Shown: positions 1 through 10,011, numbered from the stretch's first letter. The stretch: 64,000 bases of DNA from an uncultured Poribacteria bacterium (GCA_958296135.2 CATQHZ020000001.1:2080001-2144000); one strand, 5' to 3'. The notes: generated from the letters alone by a model not told the origin. Program-made: numbers and translations.

Positions 1-742
1 AAGGGTGGCACTAGCACTGCTCGCTTTTGTCATCCCCTATCTGCTGTTTGTTGGTGCCCACAAAGTGAAGTTTACACGGCACCTGCTGATTCTCTATCCG
101 GTGTTGATGGTGCTGGCGGCGGCAATGTTATCCCAAATCAACCTTCGTAGTTTGAGCTCGCCAGAGCTCAGGCGAGCTCGCCTTATAGCGCACCTGGTGA
201 CTCCCATAGTCACGCTTTTGAAAAGCACGCTTACTAGGAAGATAGTCGCGCGCTTCCTCATTGGGGCAGTCGCGCTTTATTCCTTAGTCTATACCGTCGC
301 GTTCGCATCCATTTTGTTGACACAACCGACGCGGGACGAGGTATCCGCGTGGATAGCTGCCAACATCCCTTACGAAGAGGATATTTCCTGCGCGCCGGAA
401 ATCTTGTTTAACTGGCTACTCCCTGAATTTGACCGGGAATTGACGCATGACGAAGAGGCAGAGTGGGCACTCATTCTCATGCCCAACGCCGAGGTGTTCC
501 AAAAATACCTGCCGACAGAAGAGACTCCCGGTCCCGATGCCTCCGATTGGTATCCTCTGGAAGAAGTTGCGTTGGAGGAGACGTTAGCCTTTTATGAACT
601 TGTTCACAATCGTTATGAATTGCAGAAAATCTTTCGCCGTAACCCGCGGTTCCTAGGTATCCCTATTTCCGACAAGGGCGCGCCTTTTCCGATGCGCGCC
701 CTTGCGCATCCGGAGATTCGCCTCTATCGTCGCCGCGAATAA
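1..742 (+). CDS. C-terminal part of a membrane glycosyltransferase (ArnT/PMT, GT-C-like); 5' end outside the window
   Basis: TM helices, KFTRHLLILYP motif resembling the RY-L-P motif of GT-C proteins, soluble C-terminal tail ending HPEIRLY; ORF runs off the window start. Confidence 0.55.
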   Translation, partial: RVALALLAFVIPYLLFVGAHKVKFTRHLLILYPVLMVLAAAMLSQINLRSLSSPELRRARLIAHLVTPIVTLLKSTLTRKIVARFLIGAVALYSLVYTVAFASILLTQPTRDEVSAWIAANIPYEEDISCAPEILFNWLLPEFDRELTHDEEAEWALILMPNAEVFQKYLPTEETPGPDASDWYPLEEVALEETLAFYELVHNRYELQKIFRRNPRFLGIPISDKGAPFPMRALAHPEIRLYRRRE

Positions 743-768
743 GCAGGGACACTGCATGAAAACCGCGA

Positions 769-1470
769 CTACATGAGCGACAGAGAAAAATGCATCTTTT
801 GGACAGGGACTATCGCCGCTAAAATCTGATGAAGCACCTCCGCCGGAATCGTGTCAGCATCTATGATCCTGATGAACTCCTGCGGGTAATAATCGATGAG
901 CGGCTCGGTTTCACGCTTGTAAACATCCCACCGATATCGGACTACCGCTTCCTCTGCATCGTCAAGGCGGTGCTCTTTAGCGGCACGCCCGCGGATACGT
1001 TGGAACATCACCTCTTGGTTCTCGCAAACCATGTAGATGATTTTCAACACGTTAATATCGGAGTCAATCAACGCAGCCTGCGCAACGTTGCGCGGGATAC
1101 CGTCCAGAATAAGCAGGTCGCGGGCCGGATCGTAGGTACGTTCTGCCACCTGCGCCGCCACGTAGTCGCGCCATATCTGCACCGTAATCTCATCCGGCAC
1201 CAAATCGCCGAGGGTGGCATATTTGTGAAAGATTTGCCCTAAGTGGGAATCGGTGTCTAGTTGACGAAACATTTCCCCACTGGAGAGATGATACATGCCG
1301 GGAATTCGTGCCAGCAGCTCACCTTGGGTGCCTTTGCCGACCCCGGGGGGGCCGACAAGCAGGACGGATTGATACTTTTGCGTCGCGTCAACTTTTAAGG
1401 GTGCGGAGTGACAAACTCCGCTGACATGGGGCTCCGTTGCCCCGTGTGGTAGATTCGTATCAGTTCTCAT
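769..1470 (-). CDS. adk: Adenylate kinase (short-LID type); true start uncertain
   Basis: P-loop GPPGVGKGTQ, HLSSGEMFR, GDLVPD, LDGIPRNVAQA, RLDD. Confidence 0.9.
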   Translation of the reverse strand: MRTDTNLPHGATEPHVSGVCHSAPLKVDATQKYQSVLLVGPPGVGKGTQGELLARIPGMYHLSSGEMFRQLDTDSHLGQIFHKYATLGDLVPDEITVQIWRDYVAAQVAERTYDPARDLLILDGIPRNVAQAALIDSDINVLKIIYMVCENQEVMFQRIRGRAAKEHRLDDAEEAVVRYRWDVYKRETEPLIDYYPQEFIRIIDADTIPAEVLHQILAAIVPVQKMHFSLSLM

Positions 1471-1526
1471 TCTTTTGCTGAGGATACGGGGTTTTCACAA
1501 TAAACCCCGCCGATATGCTGCTCCTG

Positions 1527-2561
1527 TTACTTTCCGAGAAGATGTTCAAGGATGTAGAAATCCAAGCCTTCATAGTCTCGCGATGCGATGAACGCCTGAG
1601 CCACCTCCCGGTCATAAGTTCGCACTTTCTCTAGGAGATTCAGGAAGGTGCGCCGGCTGCTCAAGAGATGTTTGGTTGATAGTTCGCGCGGTTGCGTTCG
1701 CATCACTTTAACGTCTAGTCCGACAAACTCGCCGTTTCTGCCATATCCGTTTTCCTCAAGGACGCGGACCTGGTTAAACGCGCGCCGCAGATTTACGGAG
1801 CCGAACGCTTTGTCCTGGTCGAATTTGAGGCCATTCTGGTCATTTAGGTGCACGCTCCAGAGCTTCTTGTGGTAGAGTGCGTACCCCATTTCGTCGGACG
1901 GTTCTAACCCAGCGAGGATAGCGTGCGCGCTTTCGATTAAGCCGCCGACGCGCCCCGGGTCCGCGCTTGCATACGCCAACCCGATGGCGTGCCCGATTGT
2001 CGGGATGTAGGCGATGTCCATCGGTTCATTCGGCTTCGGTTCAATCAGGATGCGAATTTCTGCGTCGTATGCCAGCAGCGCGTTGATTGCATCGAGGATG
2101 TATCCCACCGCACCGGATGAACTCTTTGATTCACGGATGTAGGTGCCTTCGCGGGCGAGCCACAAGACGATGTTTTTGCACCCGATTTCGTTGGCAATGT
2201 CCACGCACCGTTTTGAACGTTCTAGCGCATAGGCACGCTCTGTAGCGGCATTGGCGGTGTAGGCACCATCAAGCGTCTGTGGCGATTCCCACAACCGCGG
2301 CGCGACTACCTCCGGTGTCAATCCGTGATTATCCAACTGTGCTTTGACAGTTTTCGTCCGAGACATCAACTGCGCGTGCGTTTTGTCGTCAATATCTGGG
2401 ACAATATCATCATCGTGAAATTGAATTCCGACAAAACCGAGGCCGCGGTAGAATCCAACCTTCTCATCAAAATCGAACGCCTCTCGCACGGATGGGCCAA
2501 AAGGGTCTGCGCCCTCGTGTATATTCCAGGGGCCAAAAGAGAAACGGTATTCTGTCGCCAT
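1527..2561 (-). CDS. xylA: Xylose isomerase (class I-like)
   Basis: DPFG, FHDDD, WLAREG, EPKPNEP, HLNDQ..KFDQD metal and substrate motifs. Confidence 0.85.
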   Translation of the reverse strand: MATEYRFSFGPWNIHEGADPFGPSVREAFDFDEKVGFYRGLGFVGIQFHDDDIVPDIDDKTHAQLMSRTKTVKAQLDNHGLTPEVVAPRLWESPQTLDGAYTANAATERAYALERSKRCVDIANEIGCKNIVLWLAREGTYIRESKSSSGAVGYILDAINALLAYDAEIRILIEPKPNEPMDIAYIPTIGHAIGLAYASADPGRVGGLIESAHAILAGLEPSDEMGYALYHKKLWSVHLNDQNGLKFDQDKAFGSVNLRRAFNQVRVLEENGYGRNGEFVGLDVKVMRTQPRELSTKHLLSSRRTFLNLLEKVRTYDREVAQAFIASRDYEGLDFYILEHLLGK

Positions 2562-2647
2562 TTTTTCTCCTATTTTTCTAGTGTGGGGTTTCTGCGCTGC
2601 GGACGCGAACTACCCGTTTTTCGACAAAATGCTTGACTTTTCTATTT

Positions 2648-2676
2648 AGTATAGTGTATTATTTAAAAAATGTCAA
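2648..2676 (-). promoter_or_regulatory. Sigma70 promoter for xylA-adk
   Basis: Minus strand TTGACA-17 bp-TATACT. Confidence 0.75.
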
Positions 2677-2707
2677 GTTTTTTTCCTTTCGTTTACTGCA
2701 AAAGAAT

Positions 2708-2736
2708 TTGCATTCCGAGGCTTTTTGTGTTATCAT
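2708..2736 (+). promoter_or_regulatory. Sigma70 promoter with extended -10, leaderless to ATG 2744
   Basis: TTGCAT-17 bp-TATCAT with TGn; ATG 7 nt downstream. Confidence 0.65.
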
Positions 2737-2743
2737 ATACAAT

Positions 2744-2990
2744 ATGAACACTCATTCTCCAACAAATCGGGACACGAAGTCTCAAGCTTACAGCGATGCA
2801 ACGATTCCCAGTTATTTGGTAGCTGCTCCGAGCCGCGACCCGAAAATAGCAGAATGGCAGCGCATCACCCGCCAATTCTAGCAAAATCTTCGCTCTGAGT
2901 TTATTTTCTCGGACTCCGTTGTGGGTGAAATATCATTCGGCGGATGAAGCAAGGCGTGAAATTCGTCGCTTTGCCGGAAGGCCGCGTAGA
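2744..2990 (+). pseudogene. Degraded PIN-domain (VapC-like) toxin
   Basis: YSDATIPSYLVAAPSRDPKIAEWQRITRQF*QNLRSEFIFSDSVVGEISFG resembles the PIN N-terminus (ETTIPSYL.ARPSRD....QQITREWW...S..V..EIS.G); TAG in place of the expected Trp, then the frame is lost. Confidence 0.65.
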
Positions 2991-3129
2991 GCCGCCGGAA
3001 AATGCTGACGATTAAGTTATGCCGTTGAGGAGGATGTCCGCCTCTGTTCCGTCGTCAACACCGAATTAATGTATCAACCCCGTAGCGCGGGAGTGCAAGC
3101 TTCCGCGCTTCTTAACCCAGGTCAGAAAG

Positions 3130-6100
3130 ATGCTATTTTCAATTCACGCTTTGCGCGCCTGCAAGTCGTTCGTTTTTTACCTCTGCCTACTCTGTTCAGG
3201 GTTGCTGACACTGAACACAGTTAGCACAGCAGCACCGCTTGTCACCCAGCAAACCTTCCCCTTTGACAATGTCTACCGGATAGAGTTCAATTTGGCGGTG
3301 CGAGGACACATTGAACTGGTAGCCACGGATAGCAACGCGGTCCGCGTCATGCTCACAAAGCGTCTGTTGGGAGATACCGCATCATCCGACAATGCGTATC
3401 TGGAGAGCATTGCTTTGGCCGGCACACGTGAGGATGGAACACTTCAGTTGGAGGCACATCTACCGAACGACGCGCGCCTCCAAAGCACACCTGAGTTAGA
3501 AAATCGGCTTCAGTTGGACTGCGCGATTGAAACGCCGCCGGATGTCTCGGTTAAACTCCAGACGAAAGATGGGGATATCCGCCTCCGGCGCATCCGCGGT
3601 AAGATAGAGGTTGCCACTGGCACCGGAGATGTGCAATTAGATGAAACGCAAGGGAACTATAACGTCGCCGTAACGAAGGGAAACGTCTCTGGCAAAATTC
3701 TGCTGACTCGAGGACAGAATGAGATAAAAACTCTGGACGGCTCCGTTGAACTCGCTGTGCTTGATACGGTTGCAGCCCCGATGGATATGATTGCACAAGG
3801 CGGCGGCATCCAATTGCAACTGCCCCGCGATTACGCCGCCGACGTGGAATTTGAGAGCGAAAAGGAACAAGTTATTATCAGCCTTCCAGCACAAATTGAA
3901 GACGGTTCGCGGATGTTGAATCTGCTTGCAGGCACAGCAGTCCTGAACGAAGGCGGGCCGCTCCTCCGCTTGACGGCCACCGATACAATTGCAATTCTAC
4001 CGACAGGAGGGACACCTGAAGACGCTGCTTCTCCTGCCGATATTTTTCTCCAGGCTGTCCCGGAAACCGTGCAACCTCCCGTCGTTGATGGCAATCTCTC
4101 TGAAAAAGTGTGGATGTCCGCCGCTGCACTCTCGCCTTTTCAGAGTGCTGATGGCAGCGAAACGCCAGAAAACTTGACAGAAGCATTTTTGATGTGGGAC
4201 GAGAAAAACCTCTATATCGGCGTGAAGGCGTTTTTCCTCCCTGGGCAGATTCCCCGTATCTCGCAAACGCAACAGGATTCGCCAATCTGGGAGGATGAAG
4301 CGGTTGAAATTCTGCTCGACCCGAGTCCACACACCGAGGATTACTATCACCTCGTCGTTAACCCTATCGGCGCGCGGTTCGACCAGGGGGTTCATACCGC
4401 CGGCCCTCCTCGTCTTCGGTTTGCCCCGCCTGACGTTCAACGCCCTACGGAAGAAAATGCCGCGAAAACGTTCAGAGCGGATAGCAAATGGGATTCAAAT
4501 GCCACAATCGCAACGCGCATCCACGCGACGTTTTGGAGTCTTGAAATGGCTATGCCGCTAGCGCGTTTGCAAAACGCGTCTACCGGAGAAACCAAAGAGC
4601 CCTGGTTATTTAACATGCACCGAAAGGCACAAGGCAACACAGGCAGCTTGGAAAATCTCAATCTCACGACGCGGCGAGAATACAGTTACTGGATGCCGAC
4701 TGGCGATGCTGAATACCCGTGGTGGCCGCATTCTCCCGAAGCGATGGGCGCGCTAAAGCTAATAACGGTTCAAGAACAACCTGCCGAAACCTTTGCATCC
4801 GAGGAGAAACTGGAGGTAACCGCTGTTGAAGTTGAGGGAAACACCACGATTCCCACCGACGTTGTGCTGAAGCATCTCCCCATTGCACCCGGCGATGTCG
4901 TCACAAACGCGCAGCTCTCTTGGCTGATTGCTGAACTGAATCACCGGGATTGGTTTCAGGAAGTACAGCTGGAGACTGTTGCAGCAGCACTCCCCCCACA
5001 ACTGCCGATGGAGGCACCTCGGGTCGAAAAAGTGAAGGTGCGTCTCCGCGTAACAGAAGCTCCCATTCGGTTTGCGCGCAACATTGAGATTAAGGGAGAA
5101 CGAAGTTTTCCCGCGCAATTCATCAAAGAGTGGTTTGACTTGGCACCCGGCTACCTCGCCGTGGCGGAGGTTGCGTTGAAACAGCAGCTCATCGCCGATT
5201 TTTATTGGAATCGCGGCTACGAATTCGCCACCGTCACACATCAATTTGACAACGATACGCTTCAGTTCTCGATTAACGAAGGTTCGCTAGACGAAATCCG
5301 TTTCAGGGGAAACAGGCGCATATCCGACGCGGAACTTGCATCGGTACTTGACTTAAAAACCGATGACGTTTATTATCAACTTCTCGGGCAGACGATGATA
5401 GATCGGATGCGCGCGAGGCTCAGCCGCCATGTAGATTTCAAAGCTGTCCGCGCTTGGCGCGTGCAACGGGAAGGCGGAAAAAATGTCATGATTGTTGAGA
5501 TTGAGGAGCAACCTGTCGTGAAACCCGACGTTTTTCCAATCGTCGGATTTAACCGCGTCCACGGCATTGTGCTCGGTGCAGGTGGTGCCCTCTCTACCCG
5601 TATCGCTGGCGAAGAACAACGACTCTTCGGTTTACTGGGCGGCGGATTTGCCAGTCGGATCTGGAATTATCAGACAGGCTTTGAAAAACGCTTCTCTCGC
5701 CTATACGATTTTGCTCTCGGCGGCGGTTACTACAAACTCACGGATGTCAATTACAACAACACGCTCCTCCCTACCCAAGTCAGTTTGAGCTCCGCCTTTT
5801 ATGGCACCGACGTTGAAAACTATTATCAACGGCAAGGGTATCACACTTGGATAGCGCGAGCATTCGGGACATCAGCGCAGCTGCGGTTTGAATTTACGCA
5901 GGAATCGCACGACAACCTCACCAAATCCACAGATTGGAGTTACCTTAACAGAAACCGTATCAAGCGTGGCAATTCACGGATTGAACGCGGACGCTTGCGA
6001 AAAATCTCTCTGAACTACGCATTTGATACGCGAGACCGGACGTTAACGAAGGAACGCAATTTTCAGACGGTGTCTTGGCCGAATGAACGCACTCGGCGCG

Positions 6101-6672
6101 GTTGGCGCGGAAAAGTCATTTTTGAAACGGCAGGACAGAGCCTTGGGGGCGATTATGCCTTCAACTTCTACCAATTTGAACTGGCACGGTATACACCGCT
6201 TCTCGGGCCGCACCATTTGAACATCCGAATCGCAGGGGATTTTTCGGATGCGGCTCTACCGCGACAGCATCTCCTCTATCTCGGCGGCGGGGCTACACTA
6301 CGCGGCTACCCTTTCAATGCATTCGCTGGCGATAACCGACTCCTGCTCAACGTTGAATATCGTTTTATGCAAGAAACGAGAATCGCTGTAGCAATTGAGA
6401 ATGCCCTGGATGTCGTCCTCGGGTGGGCCTTCAGCTGCTTCCTTGATACCGGGCAGGTGTGGTGGTTTGATGAAACACTTTTTGCCGATTTTTCCATTCG
6501 CGACCGGCTAAAAACTTCAATCGGCGTGGGGTTTGTCCTCTTCGCCCACCAGTTCGGACAGAGGCCGCAGAGTCTTGCTGTTGAGATTGCAGTACCCATT
6601 CGGGATATTGCGAGTTGGAGTTCATTCCAACAGAATCGGCAAATCCTCTGGCGGCTGGAGCGAATGTTTTAA
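3130..6672 (+). CDS. Omp85/BamA-superfamily outer membrane protein with N-terminal DUF4097-like beta-repeat and CBM9-like domains, POTRA domains and C-terminal barrel
   Basis: Signal peptide; repeats such as LQTKDGDI, VATGTGDV, IKTLDGSV; CBM9-like PVVDGNLSEKVW, WDEKNLYIG, EAVEILLDP; POTRA-like VEVEGNTTI and IRFRGNRRI; LRGY motif; terminal Phe. Confidence 0.8.
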   Translation: MLFSIHALRACKSFVFYLCLLCSGLLTLNTVSTAAPLVTQQTFPFDNVYRIEFNLAVRGHIELVATDSNAVRVMLTKRLLGDTASSDNAYLESIALAGTREDGTLQLEAHLPNDARLQSTPELENRLQLDCAIETPPDVSVKLQTKDGDIRLRRIRGKIEVATGTGDVQLDETQGNYNVAVTKGNVSGKILLTRGQNEIKTLDGSVELAVLDTVAAPMDMIAQGGGIQLQLPRDYAADVEFESEKEQVIISLPAQIEDGSRMLNLLAGTAVLNEGGPLLRLTATDTIAILPTGGTPEDAASPADIFLQAVPETVQPPVVDGNLSEKVWMSAAALSPFQSADGSETPENLTEAFLMWDEKNLYIGVKAFFLPGQIPRISQTQQDSPIWEDEAVEILLDPSPHTEDYYHLVVNPIGARFDQGVHTAGPPRLRFAPPDVQRPTEENAAKTFRADSKWDSNATIATRIHATFWSLEMAMPLARLQNASTGETKEPWLFNMHRKAQGNTGSLENLNLTTRREYSYWMPTGDAEYPWWPHSPEAMGALKLITVQEQPAETFASEEKLEVTAVEVEGNTTIPTDVVLKHLPIAPGDVVTNAQLSWLIAELNHRDWFQEVQLETVAAALPPQLPMEAPRVEKVKVRLRVTEAPIRFARNIEIKGERSFPAQFIKEWFDLAPGYLAVAEVALKQQLIADFYWNRGYEFATVTHQFDNDTLQFSINEGSLDEIRFRGNRRISDAELASVLDLKTDDVYYQLLGQTMIDRMRARLSRHVDFKAVRAWRVQREGGKNVMIVEIEEQPVVKPDVFPIVGFNRVHGIVLGAGGALSTRIAGEEQRLFGLLGGGFASRIWNYQTGFEKRFSRLYDFALGGGYYKLTDVNYNNTLLPTQVSLSSAFYGTDVENYYQRQGYHTWIARAFGTSAQLRFEFTQESHDNLTKSTDWSYLNRNRIKRGNSRIERGRLRKISLNYAFDTRDRTLTKERNFQTVSWPNERTRRGWRGKVIFETAGQSLGGDYAFNFYQFELARYTPLLGPHHLNIRIAGDFSDAALPRQHLLYLGGGATLRGYPFNAFAGDNRLLLNVEYRFMQETRIAVAIENALDVVLGWAFSCFLDTGQVWWFDETLFADFSIRDRLKTSIGVGFVLFAHQFGQRPQSLAVEIAVPIRDIASWSSFQQNRQILWRLERMF

Positions 6673-6776
6673 ATTGAAAATGATGCAAAGGAACGCAGCA
6701 TGCAACAACGGCGCATGCGACTCTACGTTAAGAGACAGGATTGCACAGAAAACGTAAACGAACGCCTCGCGACAAT

Positions 6777-7859
6777 ATGAAAAAAATGAAAACAACACCA
6801 CTCTATGATATCCATCGTCAACTCGGCGCGACTTTCGCTGAAATGCGTGAAGGTTGGAATTTAGCCGCGCACTTCACCGATGCGGTGTCCGAACACCACG
6901 CCGTGAGAGCGCGCGTCGGAATCGCCGGTCTTTCGCACCGCGGCAGGCTGCGGTTAACCGGCGAAGACCGGGCGAAATTCCTACACCGCATCATTTCCAA
7001 CGATGTGGAAGGACTTGCAGCCGGGCAAGGAAATTATGCCACGCTTTTGACGCACCGTGGTAAAATTATCGCCGATATGCATGTCTATGTCCGCGAAGAG
7101 GCACTCTATCTGGAAACAGCACCGGAAACGACAGAAATCCTTTTCAAGGAGTTAGACAAATATATCATCGCTGATGACGTGGTGCTCGAAGATGTAACAG
7201 CGGAAATCGGTGCTATCGGCATTTATGGCCCGCAGTCGCCACATATCGTCCAGTCCGTAGCGTGCTTGCAAAGCGCGCCTGCCGGCATTCATGAGAACTG
7301 CGCTTGTGAAGTGGATGGGCGGCGGGTAATGTGCGCTCGGACAGATGAAACCGGCGAAGTAGGCTATAAACTTTATACCGCAGCCGACTCCCTAGAATGG
7401 CTGTGGGAACGGTTAATCGCGAATGACGTGAGCCCAGTCGGCTTGGACGCGCTAGAATCGCTCCGCATTGAGGCTGGTACGCCGAAATATGGCGCGGAGT
7501 TAACCGATGCGGTTATTCCGCTGGAGGCGGAATTGGAGCATGCCATCGATTTTGAGAAGGGATGCTACATCGGCCAGGAGATCGTCGCGCGAATGAAATA
7601 CCGCGGGCATCCAAATCGGCTGCTGCGCGGGATTGAAATTGATGCCGCGCAGCAGCCGCAACAGAATGCACCGGTATTCAGCGGCGATAAAAAGGTTGGC
7701 TGGATTACGAGTGCTGTCTATTCGCCGACGCTGGAAAAACAGATTGCCCTCGGCTATGTGCGGATGGCAGTCACAGAGGCTGGCAGTCGCGTCCAGCTCG
7801 AGACTTCGGAAGGACGCGTCAACGGCACAATTCGGCTTTTGCCATTTTATACCAAATAG
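6777..7859 (+). CDS. Folate-binding GcvT/YgfZ family aminomethyltransferase-like protein
   Basis: KTTPLY N-terminus, LRIEAG, KGCYIGQE (YgfZ signature), C-terminal GcvT domain; ATG 6777 or 6786. Confidence 0.9.
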   Translation: MKKMKTTPLYDIHRQLGATFAEMREGWNLAAHFTDAVSEHHAVRARVGIAGLSHRGRLRLTGEDRAKFLHRIISNDVEGLAAGQGNYATLLTHRGKIIADMHVYVREEALYLETAPETTEILFKELDKYIIADDVVLEDVTAEIGAIGIYGPQSPHIVQSVACLQSAPAGIHENCACEVDGRRVMCARTDETGEVGYKLYTAADSLEWLWERLIANDVSPVGLDALESLRIEAGTPKYGAELTDAVIPLEAELEHAIDFEKGCYIGQEIVARMKYRGHPNRLLRGIEIDAAQQPQQNAPVFSGDKKVGWITSAVYSPTLEKQIALGYVRMAVTEAGSRVQLETSEGRVNGTIRLLPFYTK

Positions 7860-7906
7860 GACAGACGCAGATACCCGGTAGACGCGGTTTGAAATAGCAC
7901 CTACCA

Positions 7907-7929
7907 GAACCATTTCGCGAAATCCTGTC
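7907..7929 (+). promoter_or_regulatory. Putative ECF-sigma promoter upstream of tatT
   Basis: GAAC-16 bp-GTC; the same motif recurs at 14162, 14246 and 43627. Confidence 0.5.
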
Positions 7930-7955
7930 CCTAACAAAAGGAGAAATTTTTCTAC

Positions 7956-8894
7956 ATGAGACAAAACCTGTTGAGAATCCATATTTTCGTGTTACTCCTC
8001 CTGCCGATTTTGCTCGGCGGATGTAGTCTCACGAAGTTGACAGTCGGCCGGACCGTTATTGTCTATTCGCAGGCAGGTGCGGCACTCCAAAGAGAGGCAG
8101 ATCTGACGCTGATCGAAGCAAGCGTCAGAGGCAATCTTAAGACGTTTGAGGGGATGCTGGAGATTGTGCCAGAAAACCCTACCCTCTTAATAATGACTTC
8201 CCGCGCTTTTTCATCTTACGCAGGCTTTGTCGAAGATAAGATGGAAGACGCTGAGATAACCGGCGACAGTGCCACCGCGGCGGATCTGCGCGCGCGGGCG
8301 ATTGACTATTATGGCCGCTCGCGACGCTACGCGCTCAAGGTCCTCGCGCAATCCAACAAGAGCTTCAATGAGGCATCGACTGTAGAGAATGCCGTGTTTG
8401 AAAGCGCGCTTCGGAAACTCAAGAAGAAGCACGTTGAGCCGCTGTTTTGGACAGCTTATGCATGGGCACGCGGCATTAGCCTCCAGAAGGATGATGCGAT
8501 GCAGGTAATTGACTTGCCACGGGTAGAGATGATGATGCGACGGGTGCTTGAATTAGACGAAACTTTCTATTACGGTGGTGCGCATTTGTTCTTCACCGTC
8601 TATTACGGCGACCGGGCAGCCTCAATTGGGGGAAACCCCGAGAAGGCAATGGAGCATATCAAGCACGTGGATAGGATTAATCAGGACCGGTTCCTGCTCA
8701 GCAAATTCTATCTCGCTCGCTACTATGCCTACCCGAAACAGAACGCCAAACTCTACAAGGATACGTTACAGGCAGTGCTTGACGCGCCGATGGACGTTTA
8801 CCCCGGACACGAAGCCGCAACAGCGATAGCCAAATCGCGCGCGAAACGCTGGCTGGCGCAGGCGGATATGCTTTTTGACACGGAAGCCCAATAA
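7956..8894 (+). CDS. TRAP-associated TPR lipoprotein (TatT component of TPAT transporters)
   Basis: Lipobox LLGGC; LFWTAYAW; ELDETFYYGGAHLF; GGNPEKA; directly upstream of a DctP. Confidence 0.8.
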   Translation: MRQNLLRIHIFVLLLLPILLGGCSLTKLTVGRTVIVYSQAGAALQREADLTLIEASVRGNLKTFEGMLEIVPENPTLLIMTSRAFSSYAGFVEDKMEDAEITGDSATAADLRARAIDYYGRSRRYALKVLAQSNKSFNEASTVENAVFESALRKLKKKHVEPLFWTAYAWARGISLQKDDAMQVIDLPRVEMMMRRVLELDETFYYGGAHLFFTVYYGDRAASIGGNPEKAMEHIKHVDRINQDRFLLSKFYLARYYAYPKQNAKLYKDTLQAVLDAPMDVYPGHEAATAIAKSRAKRWLAQADMLFDTEAQ

Positions 8895-8957
8895 GGAAAA
8901 GAACCTATTCCTTTAAAACCCCGTTAGGGGTGCAATGTTTATAGGGAGGAACCGATA

Positions 8958-9992
8958 ATGATGCAACAGATTTTCCCGCGCAAAGGCGTATTGACACTTT
9001 CTCTCCTGCTCATGTTGGGAGTACTATGCTTCGCAGGCCAGCAGGCCGCAGCGGACGCAATTAAACTCGCCACGCTCGCGCCGAAAGGTTCTTCGTGGAT
9101 GAATAGTTTCACCGCGATGGAGAAGGAACTCGCCGCCAAAACGGATGGGGCCCTCAAAATTCGCTTCTACCCGAACGGCGTGCAAGGCGACGAACTAGAT
9201 GTTATCCGCAAGATGCGCGCCGGGCTACTCCACGCAGGCGCGATGACTGCCACCGGCCTCGGCGAAATCCACAAAGAGGTGCTGATTTTGCAACTGCCCC
9301 GGATGTTCAAAACATACGCGGAACTCGACTACGTTCGAGACGCACTCCGCGCGGAACTCGACCTGGCATTCGCGGCCGCCGGTTATATCCTGCTCGGCTG
9401 GGGCGACATCGGGTACTATTACATGTTCAGCAGCCAGCCGATTGACACCCTGACCGCGCTCCGCGCGCCGAGTGTCAAAATGTGGGCACGTAGCAGCGAT
9501 AGAATCGGACTGGAATTTACCAAAACCGCGGGAATCGTGAACGTGCCGAAAGAGGTGTCGCAAGTCCTGTCGGCCCTTTATTCCGGGCAGGTGAACGCCG
9601 TGACTACCTCGCCGTACGCGTGCATCGCACTGCAGTGGTACCCGAAACTCAAATACATGACAGCACTGCCAGTGAACATTGGTGTCGGCGCGACGGTAAT
9701 TACAAAAGAGAAATTCGACCAATTATCCCCGGAACAGCAGCAGATTCTGCGCGAGACTTCTGCCAAGCATCACGCCGAGTTAATCCAAAAAATTCGGAAC
9801 GATAACGCAACAGCAATTGAAGCCCTGCAGAAAAAGGCCGGCATTAAAATAGTTGAATTTGACGATGCAGCCCGGGAAGAGTTGGACAAAATCGCCGAGG
9901 AAACCCATAACGCGCTCGTCGATGAGATTTACTCGCAGACGCTTCTCGACAAGATTAACGCGCTTTTGCGTGAATATCGGGCGAAGAATTAG
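8958..9992 (+). CDS. dctP: TRAP transporter substrate-binding protein (DctP/TatP)
   Basis: IKLATLAPKGSSW, YPNGVQGDE..VIRKMR.G, LLGWGD.G. Confidence 0.9.
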   Translation: MMQQIFPRKGVLTLSLLLMLGVLCFAGQQAAADAIKLATLAPKGSSWMNSFTAMEKELAAKTDGALKIRFYPNGVQGDELDVIRKMRAGLLHAGAMTATGLGEIHKEVLILQLPRMFKTYAELDYVRDALRAELDLAFAAAGYILLGWGDIGYYYMFSSQPIDTLTALRAPSVKMWARSSDRIGLEFTKTAGIVNVPKEVSQVLSALYSGQVNAVTTSPYACIALQWYPKLKYMTALPVNIGVGATVITKEKFDQLSPEQQQILRETSAKHHAELIQKIRNDNATAIEALQKKAGIKIVEFDDAAREELDKIAEETHNALVDEIYSQTLLDKINALLREYRAKN

Positions 9993-10011
9993 CATGACTC
10001 GCGCACAGAAT

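Noticed and set aside
2879-2881. Stop-codon recoding (pyrrolysine or readthrough) at the PIN TAG
   Set aside because: The downstream frame also breaks, and TAG ends normal genes in this window; simple decay is more likely.
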